Positions 1-10,404 of a DNA stretch of 64,000 nt are shown here, one piece after another. Under the pieces are notes generated by a model that did not search any database, had not been told where the DNA came from, and was given only the letters and a program-made list of their open reading frames with translations. The position numbers and the translations under genes were made by a program. The first letter of the stretch is position 1; the number at the start of each line of letters is the position of its first letter. The DNA comes from a virus (lineage: Duplodnaviria > Caudoviricetes): the IMG/VR virus record IMGVR_UViG_3300021426_000072, positions 63,248 to 127,247 of that record; one strand, given 5' to 3'.

Positions 1-2
1 AA

Positions 3-263
3 GGCTACGGCGAGAACCAGACGACAGCCTATTACCGGGTGTCCATCTGGCGTGATCGTGGAGCGAAGATGGCTCCGCATCTGGTGAAGGGCCGCGCCGT
101 GAGTATCGCCGGTATCCCGTCCGTCCGGGCATGGAAGGATAACAACGGTGATCCGCGTGCCCAGCTGGAAATGACGAACCCCACTGTCGAGTTCATCGGC
201 AAGAAGCCGTCTGATCCTGATGACCTGCCCTTCGCAGCGGAGGCCGTCGAAGAAGAGGCGTAA
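3..263 (+). CDS. ssb: Single-stranded DNA-binding protein, 5'-truncated by the window edge
   Basis: Frame open from position 3: GYGENQTTAYYRVSIWRDRGAKMAPHLVKGRAVSIAG... is an OB-fold SSB pattern; acidic tail with DDLPF. Confidence 0.8.
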   Translation, partial: GYGENQTTAYYRVSIWRDRGAKMAPHLVKGRAVSIAGIPSVRAWKDNNGDPRAQLEMTNPTVEFIGKKPSDPDDLPFAAEAVEEEA

Positions 264-276
264 TGTATTCCCATAT

Positions 277-314
277 GAGAGTCTGACTTGTTGAAAGTCA
301 GGCTCTCTTTTTTT
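277..314 (+). terminator. Rho-independent terminator
   Basis: GAGAGTCTGACT/AGTCAGGCTCTC stem followed by T7. Confidence 0.8.
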
Positions 315-332
315 GTTCTTTTTACGAAACCG

Positions 333-377
333 TTCGGTACCGAACTTTGAAGCCATTTAAAAAATGCTATAAGGGAA
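333..377 (+). promoter_or_regulatory. Conserved phage promoter-like motif, copy 1 of 4
   Basis: TTCGGTACCGAACTTTGAAGCCATTTAAAAAATGCTATAAGGGAA; near-identical copies at 15567, 28986 and 42837, all intergenic. Confidence 0.7.
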
Positions 378-409
378 GTACTGATTTTTTCAATGAGCGA
401 GGTTTTTTC

Positions 410-679
410 ATGGAAACGTGTTTTAACTACTGTGACGATAAACAAGCTTTTTTTTCATCAGACGAGCGAAAATGGATTACGAGAATCCGTAAGCTCCAAG
501 CACAGAATCCAGATGAAGTAATTATTCTGCGACAGCCTGAGACAAACGACGGCTGTATTTACGCAAAGCTTCCTGCTTCATATCTGAAAGTACAGCCAAA
601 GAAGAAAATGGTAATGACAGAAGAGCGAAAAGAACAACTCATGAAGCAGTTGGAGAAGACAAGAAAGAAACCTAAGTAA
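410..679 (+). CDS. Hypothetical phage protein
   Basis: ATG at 410 after GAGG; first gene downstream of the promoter motif. Confidence 0.6.
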   Translation: METCFNYCDDKQAFFSSDERKWITRIRKLQAQNPDEVIILRQPETNDGCIYAKLPASYLKVQPKKKMVMTEERKEQLMKQLEKTRKKPK

Positions 680-979
680 CTTTGGGAGATTTTGATTAAA
701 TCAGGGCTTCTAAATTCAAGGATGACCAAATTATCGTTTTTGTATCTGGAGGCTCTGATTTGATTTTTTTCTTCCGTATGATACGGATAACAACAGAAAG
801 GAATGAGACTCACATGCCGTACAAAAGAAAATTCGTGCCAAGAGACAAAATGTCCAAGAAGGACAGGAAAGAACTCGACAACCAGAAGCGTATCATGTGG
901 GGCTTTTCCCCGACTGAAAGAATAAAACAGAATAAAAAGCTGTATGACCGTGAGCGACTGAAGCGAACTGCCATTCAGT

Positions 980-1288
980 TTGGAGACTGAAAATATGAAC
1001 GATTCTATTCATGAAGGTATGGTTCTTAGAGAACTTGTATCAAGCATATGTGGCGGAAGGTCATGTGTGGTTTGTCCGTTTGAATGTGAAAGCGGCTGTA
1101 AAACTACAAATATAGATTACGATCATCCGTCAGATGAAGAAATCAATCTGGTGGTTTCTACTTTTCTGGAGTTAAATCCCGGATATGAAGATAATATTGA
1201 TCCTGCTATACTTGCTGTGGCGAAATCATACAATTGTCCGACCATCGATGTTTCTGATTCTGAGATGATTGATGTGTTCGGAGGCTAA
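980..1288 (+). CDS. Cys-rich hypothetical protein with acidic C-terminal IDVSDSEM motif
   Basis: ORF track; CxxC cluster. Confidence 0.5.
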   Translation: METENMNDSIHEGMVLRELVSSICGGRSCVVCPFECESGCKTTNIDYDHPSDEEINLVVSTFLELNPGYEDNIDPAILAVAKSYNCPTIDVSDSEMIDVFGG

Positions 1289-1549
1289 TATGACATTAGA
1301 TCTTAATGATGTAATGTATGAGGTTTGTAGGAAACAGAAGAATTGTAAATCATGTCCTATTAAAGTCGTAGAGTCTGAAGTGTGTGTTACAGGACTTTCC
1401 GTCCATGAATCTCCGGCATGGAGGAAAATGGCTGAAGCTATAGTTCCTTATTTCGTAAAAACACATCGTTCTCTCGTCTGGATGCTTAATCACAGCCTCT
1501 TGCAGTTTCTTCCTGCTGAATTAGAAGCTGGAAACAATGCAAAATAAGG

Positions 1550-2130
1550 TTTTGTGACTGAATTTAGCTCAATTATTATGAAAGTTCCTACATTATATTA
1601 ATAATATATATAATAATAAGAATTATATTCATTTTATATGAATTACTAAGAATTATTATTGTAGATATGATAATGTATGTAACTATAATATTATAACTAA
1701 CTTTATTATAGTAACTATTGTAATGGTTGTAGTTAAATATATTGGTATTTGTTTTTTATTATAGTAAAGTTGTTAAGAGTAGAATAATTATAATTATAAT
1801 TTCTCTCCTCTCTATACAATATGTATAATTATATTCTCTCTCTATAACACATATATTTAACATATACAGAGAGTTTATATTATAATTATTTCTCTTTAAC
1901 CTTTACTGTAATATTATGCAGTTACTGCATATTAATATAATCATTGTTTATTGTCTTATCATAATTACGATTATTATTATTTAGTTCCTCTCTTAATATC
2001 TAATGATTTTTTGGATAATAATAATAGTGATTGGATATTACAATAATAATATTAACTACGTAGATTTTATGTTTATATTAATTAATGCAATAACTGCAAG
2101 CAGTATACTGCATATATATAAATATACTCC
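1550..2130. other. Extremely AT-rich non-coding tract (possible origin or regulatory region)
   Basis: No ORF of 60 aa or more; ATT/TAA-rich; inverted repeats ATGCAGT-T-ACTGCAT (1916-1930) and GCAGTATACTGC (2100-2111). Confidence 0.5.
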
Positions 2131-3139
2131 TAAAGAGAGGAGTGATAATAAATATGAATGACGATGTAAGAACATGGGATGAACGATTTTGGCAGCCGGA
2201 TGAAATTCTTTGGAATATCCTTTTTAAGCACCGGAATCACAAAACTAAAATTGAAACCTATGGAGATCCGAATAATCCTCAGAATGTTTGCTTATCATGT
2301 TTAACCTGTAATCAGGTTATCCTTGACGCTGAAATATATACAATCTGCGCCCGGGAAGACGTTCAATGAAAGGAAATGTTCATGACTCAGTTTGTTATCT
2401 ATCAGAGTGTAACAGACAATGATGGCAGTAAAAGAATTTCTGAAGTTTCAAGGTATGCGTCTTTTGATCAGGCTCATGCGGTTATGGACTCAATTGCTGT
2501 GGGCTGTGATAATGTAGTCAGGTTTGAAAATAACAATGGTTTCTGGGGTAAACTTCCTTTGTATAGCTCTGCGACTGAAATTAAAATGTGGATTGACTTT
2601 GAATAAGCTGTGACTAAAAGGAGAAATACTATGAAAAAGTTCGTTATCTATGAACGCCGTGGTGACCGGGATTTTGATGATGTCCAGAAAGTAGGAGAAG
2701 CCGCGAATGAAGAATTCGCAAGGATGATCCTTTGTGACTATGCTGCCCGCTGTTCTTATCCTGAATGGAATAAGGACGGACTGGGATTTCATGCCAATGT
2801 AGGCGTGGGATACGGCGAGTACTACCATATGGTCTATAACGACGTATGGGCCAAAGAAGAGGATTTCTGAAATGAAAAAAAATAATCGAAAGCCAAAGGG
2901 TCTGCACCCTGATTGCGTAAAAGCATATCATAAAGCACGGTATGCGAAAGCACGAGTTCGGTTTTATGGTCGGGCTTATGAAATCGGATGGAGAGACTTT
3001 TGTTCTTTCTCAAAAGATGAATTTGTCCGGACCATGTGCCACATCGAAGTGGAATCTGTGTCTGATTTTATTAAGAGACTTTTCGGAAGACCTGAAAAAC
3101 ATATAAACGCCACTCTTGAGGGCGAAATTGAATTTTGAA

Positions 3140-3730
3140 AAATTAAACCGGTAGTAGGGAACTACAAAGCGCTAAATTAAACTGAGGACAACTTGAATCT
3201 GTAACGATTGGTTATAACCGCTTCGGTGTTTGGTGCAGTCAGGTTTACAACAAATGCGGTTTACTGACTTTAATCATGGCAGTTGGTCTGCCTCGGGCCA
3301 GGTGTGCCCGGTATGTAAAAACTAAGCCTCTGCCGGTACTATAGCCGCCCATGTACCATATAAGGCAGATAAGCTAAAAGGCACTGGCGACGTATCGTGC
3401 CATGTCAGGTTACATCGTATGAGATGAGTTGTCCTGACTTTTAAGAATCAGGTGAGAATCCTGATATACCTGAGAGATGCTCCAGAGGAACAGCCTGACG
3501 CATAATGGCGGGGTTCTGCTCAGGTGAAGGGCTGTGTGATAGCCTGTGTTTAATGACTGGCGTGGGTACTACGATAGTGCCAATCTTGTTTCCGTGGCTT
3601 AACGGGAAAGCTTGGAGTGCTCCCTGATGTAATATTGGTTGAGTTGGTTGGTTGGTTGCAATATTACTACAACGGGATACAACCGGAACACATGTCAACG
3701 GTGATTACAGTTCGAATCTGTACGGAAACA
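3140..3730 (+). ncRNA. Candidate large (~590 nt) structured ncRNA
   Basis: No + strand ORF; GC higher than flanks; long-range helix AGGACAACT(3185-93)/AGTTGTCCT(3427-35); stems ATCAGG/CCTGAT, ACCTGAG/CTCAGGT and GTAATATTG/CAATATTAC; T-loop-like TACAG-TTCGAAT-CTGTA at the 3' end. Confidence 0.55.
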
Positions 3731-3732
3731 CT

Positions 3733-3952
3733 TATAAATCTTTCGCTGCAAACACTTACTTCTTTCTTGACTTAAAATCAAACAAATAGTGTTTGGATAC
3801 CGATTGATTTATATATTTCTGGCTGGTAGCGCTTACTTCTTTGAGTTATATCTTAAACAATTAGTGCTACGATATCCAGAAATTTTAATCCCAGGGGATG
3901 CTGTTAACACTTACTTCTTTTATGCAAAAAAATAGTGTTAAGATACCGTCCC
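3733..3952 (+). repeat. Three tandem hairpin units GCTG-stem-TACTTC...stem-GATA
   Basis: Co-varying stems CAAACACT/AGTGTTTG, GTAGCGCT/AGTGCTAC and TTAACACT/AGTGTTAA around an invariant CTTACTTCTT. Confidence 0.75.
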
Positions 3953-3985
3953 CGTTTTTTGATTAAAATAAAGGAGATTGAATAT

Positions 3986-6010
3986 ATGAAAGAAAGTTTG
4001 AAAGAATTCCTGTTTACGAAACATATCCTTGTTGCAGAACAGGAGGAAGATCCGGGCGTTATCATTAACGTTCTGACAGCTTTTAAAGGGCTGCTTAATG
4101 TTACAATTACCAAAGGATATAACCTTGCTCATAGAGATATGATTCGGTTTATGGCTTCTCTTCTGGGTGAGCAGGTTCCTGCTTCGTTTTACCGTGGATT
4201 TCCAAACAGTGTGCGTGAACTTACAAGTGATCAGTTGCTGTTTGATCAGCTTTCTCATTACGTATCTACATATGGCTGGGGCAACTTCGAAGAACAGGGG
4301 CATAGTTTCTTCGAAACTGTTACTTATCGCAATCCTTTTAATGAAAAGCCAACTGTGCCGAAGGAGTTTGTTATCCTCGACGAAGCTCATGCAAAGGATA
4401 AACTGCTGGGGTTCTTCAATGATCTGGCTGCGTCTACTCGTCCTTTGAATGAGTTGATGCAGAATGTAATGATTGACTGTATCAGTGAGTATGACTGGTT
4501 TCCGTGGTCTATTGCTTCACGACAGACGACTGTTGATCTTTTGTATAAAACTAAGGATTTGCGGTTTGCCAAGTTTATGAAGATGCAGGATGTTATCAAG
4601 TACGTCGATACCATTAACTGGCTCAGTCATTGGTCGGAGAACATGAAGACTGTGCGGTTGACCAGCTCTGAGCGTAAGCTCGTTACCAAGGTTCTGGATA
4701 CTGTCCTGTTTGTTGCAGAACCGGAAGATATCCGTGTCTGCCTTGAGAAGCGGGCTATTTGGAAGGGCATCCTGCATCAGATTCACTACAAGCCGAAGAC
4801 TGAAAAGTCGAAAGAGCTTATCGGGCTTATCTACAATGATAAGATTCCGTCTTACTCTGGCGTTGTAGATCGGGCTATTCACAGCGATAAGTTTACCGTT
4901 GTGGAATCTGCTCAACTGTTGAAAGACACTAAAGGAAATGGTGCTCTGCTTCGGTCTTTGAACTATTTTCTGTATATGTGCCGTTCAAAGGAACAGATTG
5001 AAGGGGTTATCAACTTGGTTGATGCAAAAAATCCTATTATTCTGTTCCAGCTTCTTGATTCCTATGCCAATTACAGCACCGATAACCGGGTGTTTACGTT
5101 CATTCGGCATGAACGGGTGAAAAAGCATAAGGAAGCTATGCGTAAATGGTACTTGACTTCGGATATTATTACGTATATTACTGAAGCTTTGCAGACAAAG
5201 CTCGAAGAATCCCTGAAAGGAAAGATAAACAAGGTATACATTGCTCCCGGAATGGAGAAGGTGTGTGTACCTGTGAACCTTTCTGCCGGAGAGAGCGGAT
5301 TTGGCATTATGCCGACTGGTTCTCGTATTAAACTTCCCGAAGGAAAGAAGATTCGTGCTTTTACCTACTGGGAAAAGGTAAACGATATTGATTTGTCCTG
5401 TTTCGGGCTGTCCTCTGATGGTTCTGAGGATATTGAGTTTTCCTGGCGCACTATGTATGGGCGTCAGAGCAACGCTATGACGTACTCCGGTGATCAGACT
5501 TCCGGCTACGATGGCGGTTCCGAATTCTTTGATGTTGATATCGATGAAATTCGGAAAGCGTATCCTTCAATTGATTATATTATCTTTTGTAACAATGTTT
5601 ATTCTGGAGTTACATTTGATAAGGTTGTATGCCGTGCCGGATGGATGAATCGTGATATCTTTGATTCTGGAGAGGTTTACGAACCGAAGACGGTTGAATC
5701 CGCATATCAGATTAATGCCAAGTCAACGTTTGCATATCTTTACGCCATTGACGTCGTAAACCGTGAGGTTGTGTGGCTGAATCTGGCAGATGCAAAGAAT
5801 CACCGGGTGGCAGGAGGAAATACCTTCTCATGGATGAGGAAATATTTCACTATGAGCGAAACCATGAACATGGCTAAACTCTTTACTATGGCAGCGACTG
5901 AAGTTGTCGATGCTCCCGAGAAAGCTGATCTGGTTGTAGGAGATGTTGAAACGGACAAACCTCAGATTCATTCTTATGAGTTTGAAAAAGCCTTTTCAAT
6001 TTTAAGTTGA
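3986..6010 (+). CDS. Large protein with C-terminal TerD-like domain
   Basis: DIDLS, YSGDQTSG and SEFFDVDI motifs typical of TerD-related domains; ATG 3986 with AAGGAG RBS. Confidence 0.65.
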   Translation: MKESLKEFLFTKHILVAEQEEDPGVIINVLTAFKGLLNVTITKGYNLAHRDMIRFMASLLGEQVPASFYRGFPNSVRELTSDQLLFDQLSHYVSTYGWGNFEEQGHSFFETVTYRNPFNEKPTVPKEFVILDEAHAKDKLLGFFNDLAASTRPLNELMQNVMIDCISEYDWFPWSIASRQTTVDLLYKTKDLRFAKFMKMQDVIKYVDTINWLSHWSENMKTVRLTSSERKLVTKVLDTVLFVAEPEDIRVCLEKRAIWKGILHQIHYKPKTEKSKELIGLIYNDKIPSYSGVVDRAIHSDKFTVVESAQLLKDTKGNGALLRSLNYFLYMCRSKEQIEGVINLVDAKNPIILFQLLDSYANYSTDNRVFTFIRHERVKKHKEAMRKWYLTSDIITYITEALQTKLEESLKGKINKVYIAPGMEKVCVPVNLSAGESGFGIMPTGSRIKLPEGKKIRAFTYWEKVNDIDLSCFGLSSDGSEDIEFSWRTMYGRQSNAMTYSGDQTSGYDGGSEFFDVDIDEIRKAYPSIDYIIFCNNVYSGVTFDKVVCRAGWMNRDIFDSGEVYEPKTVESAYQINAKSTFAYLYAIDVVNREVVWLNLADAKNHRVAGGNTFSWMRKYFTMSETMNMAKLFTMAATEVVDAPEKADLVVGDVETDKPQIHSYEFEKAFSILS

Positions 6011-6015
6011 AAGAC

Positions 6016-6042
6016 GCCCTCCTTGAAAAAGGAGGGCTTTTT
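6016..6042 (+). terminator. Rho-independent terminator
   Basis: GCCCTCCTT-GAAA-AAGGAGGGC-TTTTT. Confidence 0.85.
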
Positions 6043-6955
6043 CAATTGAAACTTTAAAATTCTAAGCAAACTACGAATGGTCGGAGAATTAAATATGAAT
6101 GTATATACAGAACGAGTTGATGGATATCAAATCAGGGATATTGCTTATTTAGGAAAACCTCCTTTTGATGATCCGGTAAGGTTTGATGTTGTGAAATGGA
6201 TTTCGGAAGAAAAGCCTTATATGGGAACTATTTATTATGAAACTCCGATAGGATGGATAACAAAAGAAGAATTAATTACAGAACATTGTTATTCAGTTGG
6301 TGTTTTGGAATGGAATGAACATGAACTGGATTTCGATTTCCATTCTGTTGGACTTCGTTGGCTGGAAGAAAAACCTTCTGAAGCAGTTGTAGATATGATT
6401 TTAAAGTTTTGCGAAGAAAAGAAGAAAGAAATCTATGAAAGTTCTGATTAAGATAATTTAATACAGGAGATAGAGTAAATGCTTGATGAAATGTTTTATG
6501 ATGCTTTTTCCAATTCTTACACTGTAAAACCGGATTTGTACGCTCCGCCTGAAAGATATGTGAAAACAGTGAGAGGCGATCATGATGTTTATGTTGATGT
6601 GTGGGCTGGAGAAAAGAATGGGCATCCGAATTGTGAATTGAGAATTGAATATACTCCAGAAGAATATTATTCTCCTATGCACAATGCTCGGTTCTTTGAA
6701 TATTGTGAGAAAAATAACTTTAAGGCAAAAATTCTTTCCTGTTTCATCCTTCCTAAGAAAGTTTTTGACGAATATGTTGTGAAATTTGGCTTGGAATAAA
6801 ATTTTAAGTTGGTGATTTTATGCTATTCCGTTGCTTAATAGATGTCTTTTCTCTTTTTGGGGTGATTTTATTAACATTGTTGATTTTGTTTGGTGTAATT
6901 GTCATTGTTTTTTTGACTATAGGCGAGAAGAAACACTGGTGGTAGGTGACTGAAT

Positions 6956-7303
6956 TTGAAAATTATCGTTGCTGGTTCACGAACTTTTGACGATTATAGG
7001 CTTCTCGAATCAAAACTGGATTATCTTTTTCAAAATATCCACCCGGTTATTATTTGCGGGGAGGCAAAAGGCGCCGACTTGTTAGGGAAAAAATATGCTC
7101 GTGAAAAAGGTCTGGAATGTATATCTTTTCCTGCAAAATGGGAAGAAGACGGAAAATCTGCCGGATATAAAAGAAATGAACTGATGGGTCAAATTGCAGA
7201 TGGATTAGTTGCTTTCTGGGACAGAAAATCAAAAGGAACAAAACATATGATTGAATATATGCTGTCTCTCGGGAAAGAAGTAAGGATCATCAAATACAAA
7301 TAA
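6956..7303 (+). CDS. SLOG-family (DUF2493/YspA-like) protein
   Basis: IIVAGSR, GEAKGAD, AGYKRNELM, AFWD-KSKGT motifs. Confidence 0.8.
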   Translation: MKIIVAGSRTFDDYRLLESKLDYLFQNIHPVIICGEAKGADLLGKKYAREKGLECISFPAKWEEDGKSAGYKRNELMGQIADGLVAFWDRKSKGTKHMIEYMLSLGKEVRIIKYK

Positions 7304-7651
7304 ATAAAAGGCTGATAAAAATGAGCACTTATGTAAGAATCGACAAGTGTGTTTTTGATGCAATCATCGAATCAATCATCAAAGTAGATCAACGACTGCA
7401 TCTTTTAGATCAAGATGTTCCAAAATACATTTATTGTGCAGATGATTACGTTCAATATGAAAAAGATGAAGAGGAAAAATGAATGGAAATTTATAAGTGC
7501 GAAAGGTGTAAGAAACGTTTTCTTACGTGCGATCTTGTAAGAACAAAATGTTCAGAGAACGAATGTGGATCGTACTTGATTCCATTTTGTCCTGAATGTT
7601 TCGGGCCAATCAAAGTTGAAAAGCCCAAAGAAGCTCTCTGATGGGAGCTGT

Positions 7652-7735
7652 GCCGTCGTGGGCGAGAGGTCTATGTCACCTGTCTTGAAAACAGGCAAGC
7701 GTACTGCTTCGCAGGTTCAAATCCTGCCGACGGCG
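7652..7735 (+). tRNA. tRNA-Ser(TGA)
   Basis: GCCGTCG/CGACGGC acceptor; CCTGT-CTTGAAA-ACAGG anticodon arm; long variable arm; GGTTCAAATCC. Confidence 0.9.
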
Positions 7736-7741
7736 CTTTAT

Positions 7742-7814
7742 GCTTCATTAGCTCAGTTGGCAGAGCACATGACTTTTAATCATGGTGTCCGGGGTTCAAT
7801 TCCCCGATGAGGCA
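7742..7814 (+). tRNA. tRNA-Lys(TTT)
   Basis: Cloverleaf; CATGA-CTTTTAA-TCATG anticodon arm. Confidence 0.92.
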
Positions 7815-8119
7815 CTAAAAATTGGAGGATAATTAATATGGCTAAAGATTTGGTTAAAAGAAGCTTCAGAATAACATTTACCCGCAAAGCGCAAGATGGT
7901 GAATCTATTGATCATCCTGGCTGGTTTGATTCACGAGACAAAAGAGTTATTGATTCTACGGAATTTGATGTGAGCTCTTTTGATTATACTTGTGATGAAT
8001 ATCTTCCAGAACTCATAAATTTATTTAATGCGTTTACTGCTGAAAATAATTTTGATGCGGTGGAAGTTGTTCAGATTGATGAGGTTCCTTATGACGGCGA
8101 TTAATTTGCCGTCGTTTAT

Positions 8120-8193
8120 CGAGATGTAGCGCAGGTTGGTAGCGCATCTGATTTGGGATCAGAAGGTCGCAGGTTCAAATCCTGTCGTCTCGA
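8120..8193 (+). tRNA. tRNA-Pro(TGG)
   Basis: Cloverleaf; TCTGA-TTTGGGA-TCAGA anticodon arm. Confidence 0.92.
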
Positions 8194-8524
8194 CTTTGGA
8201 GTAGTGACTTGCTCCGAACGTCTTCCTGAATTGTTTGTTGGTTGAAATGATATATACCAATAAATGTAAACGACTGTATCTTATTACAGGAGTAATTCAT
8301 AGACGTAAACCTATTACATATATATTTTGCCTACGTTGCGGGTATATAGCGAGAAACGGATACTACCTAGTCACAGGAGTTGCAACTTAGAAGTTCCGTG
8401 TTACTACAAGGTTCTGAAATTGATGGCAGACGTGAGGTTGGGCTGTAAAGGCGAGGGTGTGCTGTTAGAAGGTGCATGTGTAATTGATGTCTGATAAAGT
8501 AAGAGCCTCGTAGTAGTGTGTTAT

Positions 8525-8598
8525 GCTCCATTAGCTCATAAGGATAGAGCAGCGGTCTTCTAAACCGCAGGTATACGGTTCGAATCCGTAATGGAGTA
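8525..8598 (+). tRNA. tRNA-Arg(TCT)
   Basis: Cloverleaf; GCGGT-CTTCTAA-ACCGC anticodon arm. Confidence 0.92.
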
Positions 8599-8633
8599 CT
8601 GATTTATTTTTTAAACAAAGAAAGGAATAAACA

Positions 8634-9053
8634 ATGAGTTACTGTAAAGATGCAATCAGTTGTGAAGTCAAATCAAAAGAAGGATTTTATATTGGAGACA
8701 TTTGCTATGCTCTTGCCGATGAGGTCTATTTTGGAATCTGGGGCAATCATGATTTCAAAGATGGCAGTCATCATGTTTCAGAAGCAGATTTGGATTTTGC
8801 TGTAGCTTCTACAGCCTTTGGTGACGGAGTTTACTTGGGATCAAATGGATTCCTGTACGGAGTAGATGCTGGCAATATTGGCATTGTTCCTCTTGAACTG
8901 GTTGAGAAAGACATAAATGGCTGTGGAACTGTTTATAACATTCCGGGGAAAGCTTCTCTGTGTGCCGAAGATGGAAAGTTTATTTTCCGCCTTCCAGATG
9001 ACAAAGAAATTAAAATCAACACAGTTTATTACGAAGAAGAAGACGATGAGTAA
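8634..9053 (+). CDS. Conserved phage hypothetical protein
   Basis: FYIGDICY...TAFGDG.Y...VDAGNIG pattern; good RBS. Confidence 0.6.
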   Translation: MSYCKDAISCEVKSKEGFYIGDICYALADEVYFGIWGNHDFKDGSHHVSEADLDFAVASTAFGDGVYLGSNGFLYGVDAGNIGIVPLELVEKDINGCGTVYNIPGKASLCAEDGKFIFRLPDDKEIKINTVYYEEEDDE

Positions 9054-9068
9054 AGGAGATTTATAAAA

Positions 9069-9611
9069 ATGAAAAAGTTTAAATTGGGTTTGATTGTTCT
9101 CGCAATTATTGTCTGCGTTATTGTAGCCGGTTTGTATTTTGTCCATAATGCAGAAAATACAGCCGTTGGAATGGAAGAGGAAATCAACTCTGCGACATCT
9201 GAAATCAACGTGCAGGAAAAGCGCAGAGCTGATTTGATTCCAAATCTTATTGAGTGTGTAAAAGCTTATGACAAGCATGAATATGAAACACTCCTTGCGC
9301 TGATAAATGCTCGTAAACCTGACGACAAAGTTGCCAGTGATGTTCAGCTTGCAGTTAATGCGATTGCTGAGGCCTATCCAGAATTGAAATCAAGTGAACA
9401 GTACAAACAGTTAATGACTGAGCTTGCTGTTACAGAAAATATGATTGCCAATTATCGTAATGCATACAATAAACGGGTAAAAGAGTATTCAACTTATGTT
9501 CGCAGGTTTCCGCATAGTTTTCTTTTTAACATGACTGGCTATGAAGAAAAGAAATATGAATACCTTTATTACGAAGTGTCGGACACAGCTCCGACAATAA
9601 ATTTTAATTGA
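9069..9611 (+). CDS. lemA: LemA family membrane protein
   Basis: N-terminal TM helix; KRRADLIPNL, AEAYPELKS and RRFP motifs. Confidence 0.85.
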   Translation: MKKFKLGLIVLAIIVCVIVAGLYFVHNAENTAVGMEEEINSATSEINVQEKRRADLIPNLIECVKAYDKHEYETLLALINARKPDDKVASDVQLAVNAIAEAYPELKSSEQYKQLMTELAVTENMIANYRNAYNKRVKEYSTYVRRFPHSFLFNMTGYEEKKYEYLYYEVSDTAPTINFN

Positions 9612-9612
9612 T

Positions 9613-10326
9613 ATGGAAGTAACGAAAAGAGAAATACTTTGTTGTGTAATTATTTCTTGTGTTATGTTCGTTGTTGGATTGGTCTTACAGCAAGTTATCC
9701 GCACGGCAGTAACAGAACGAAATAAGGAATATGAACATGCAATTCATATTCAGGATACAGACACCTTTGTTTATGGAATGGGCACAAACATTGGTCATGC
9801 ATTTGTATATGGTGATCTTGTTGCTGTTGATCCTGTTTCGCATGATAATTTGAAGGGTGAATGGCTGTGGATTCAAAGAATAACAGAGCATTATACTTTG
9901 CATTATCGTACAGTTACAGTAAAAGAAGGGAAACAGACAAAAACTGTTCAGCAGCCTTATTATACTTGGGATAAAGTGGCTACTGATACGTGGCACAGCA
10001 AGAAAATCACATTTCTTGGAGTTGAATTTCCTTACGAAAAGATATCAGGGTTTTATACCAAGAATATAAAAACAGATACTTATGGATACATAAGATACAA
10101 ATGGAGTGCGAGTGACGTAAAACACATCGGAACAATTTATACGACACTTAAAGATAATACAATATCAAATACAAGATTTTATGAATCAATGACTTCGTGG
10201 CAAGCCCGTGAAGTCTGTATTATAAATGTTACTTTGTATGTTGTTTTGTTTTGGATTGTTTGGGTTTTAACAACTGCTGCTTTGTGTTTTGGGTTCTGTT
10301 ACTTAGAAAATGATTGGCTTGAATAA
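9613..10326 (+). CDS. Two-TM membrane protein coupled to LemA
   Basis: N- and C-terminal hydrophobic helices; starts 2 nt after the lemA stop. Confidence 0.65.
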   Translation: MEVTKREILCCVIISCVMFVVGLVLQQVIRTAVTERNKEYEHAIHIQDTDTFVYGMGTNIGHAFVYGDLVAVDPVSHDNLKGEWLWIQRITEHYTLHYRTVTVKEGKQTKTVQQPYYTWDKVATDTWHSKKITFLGVEFPYEKISGFYTKNIKTDTYGYIRYKWSASDVKHIGTIYTTLKDNTISNTRFYESMTSWQAREVCIINVTLYVVLFWIVWVLTTAALCFGFCYLENDWLE

Positions 10327-10404
10327 TAAGAAAAAATAAACTTAAAGAAACAGGGGCATATTATTCTTCAACGGGGAAAAACTTTATAAAAGAATATAGG
10401 AAGG

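Noticed and set aside
7616-7810. ORFs 7616-7810 and 19778-19990
   Set aside because: They overlap clear tRNA genes.
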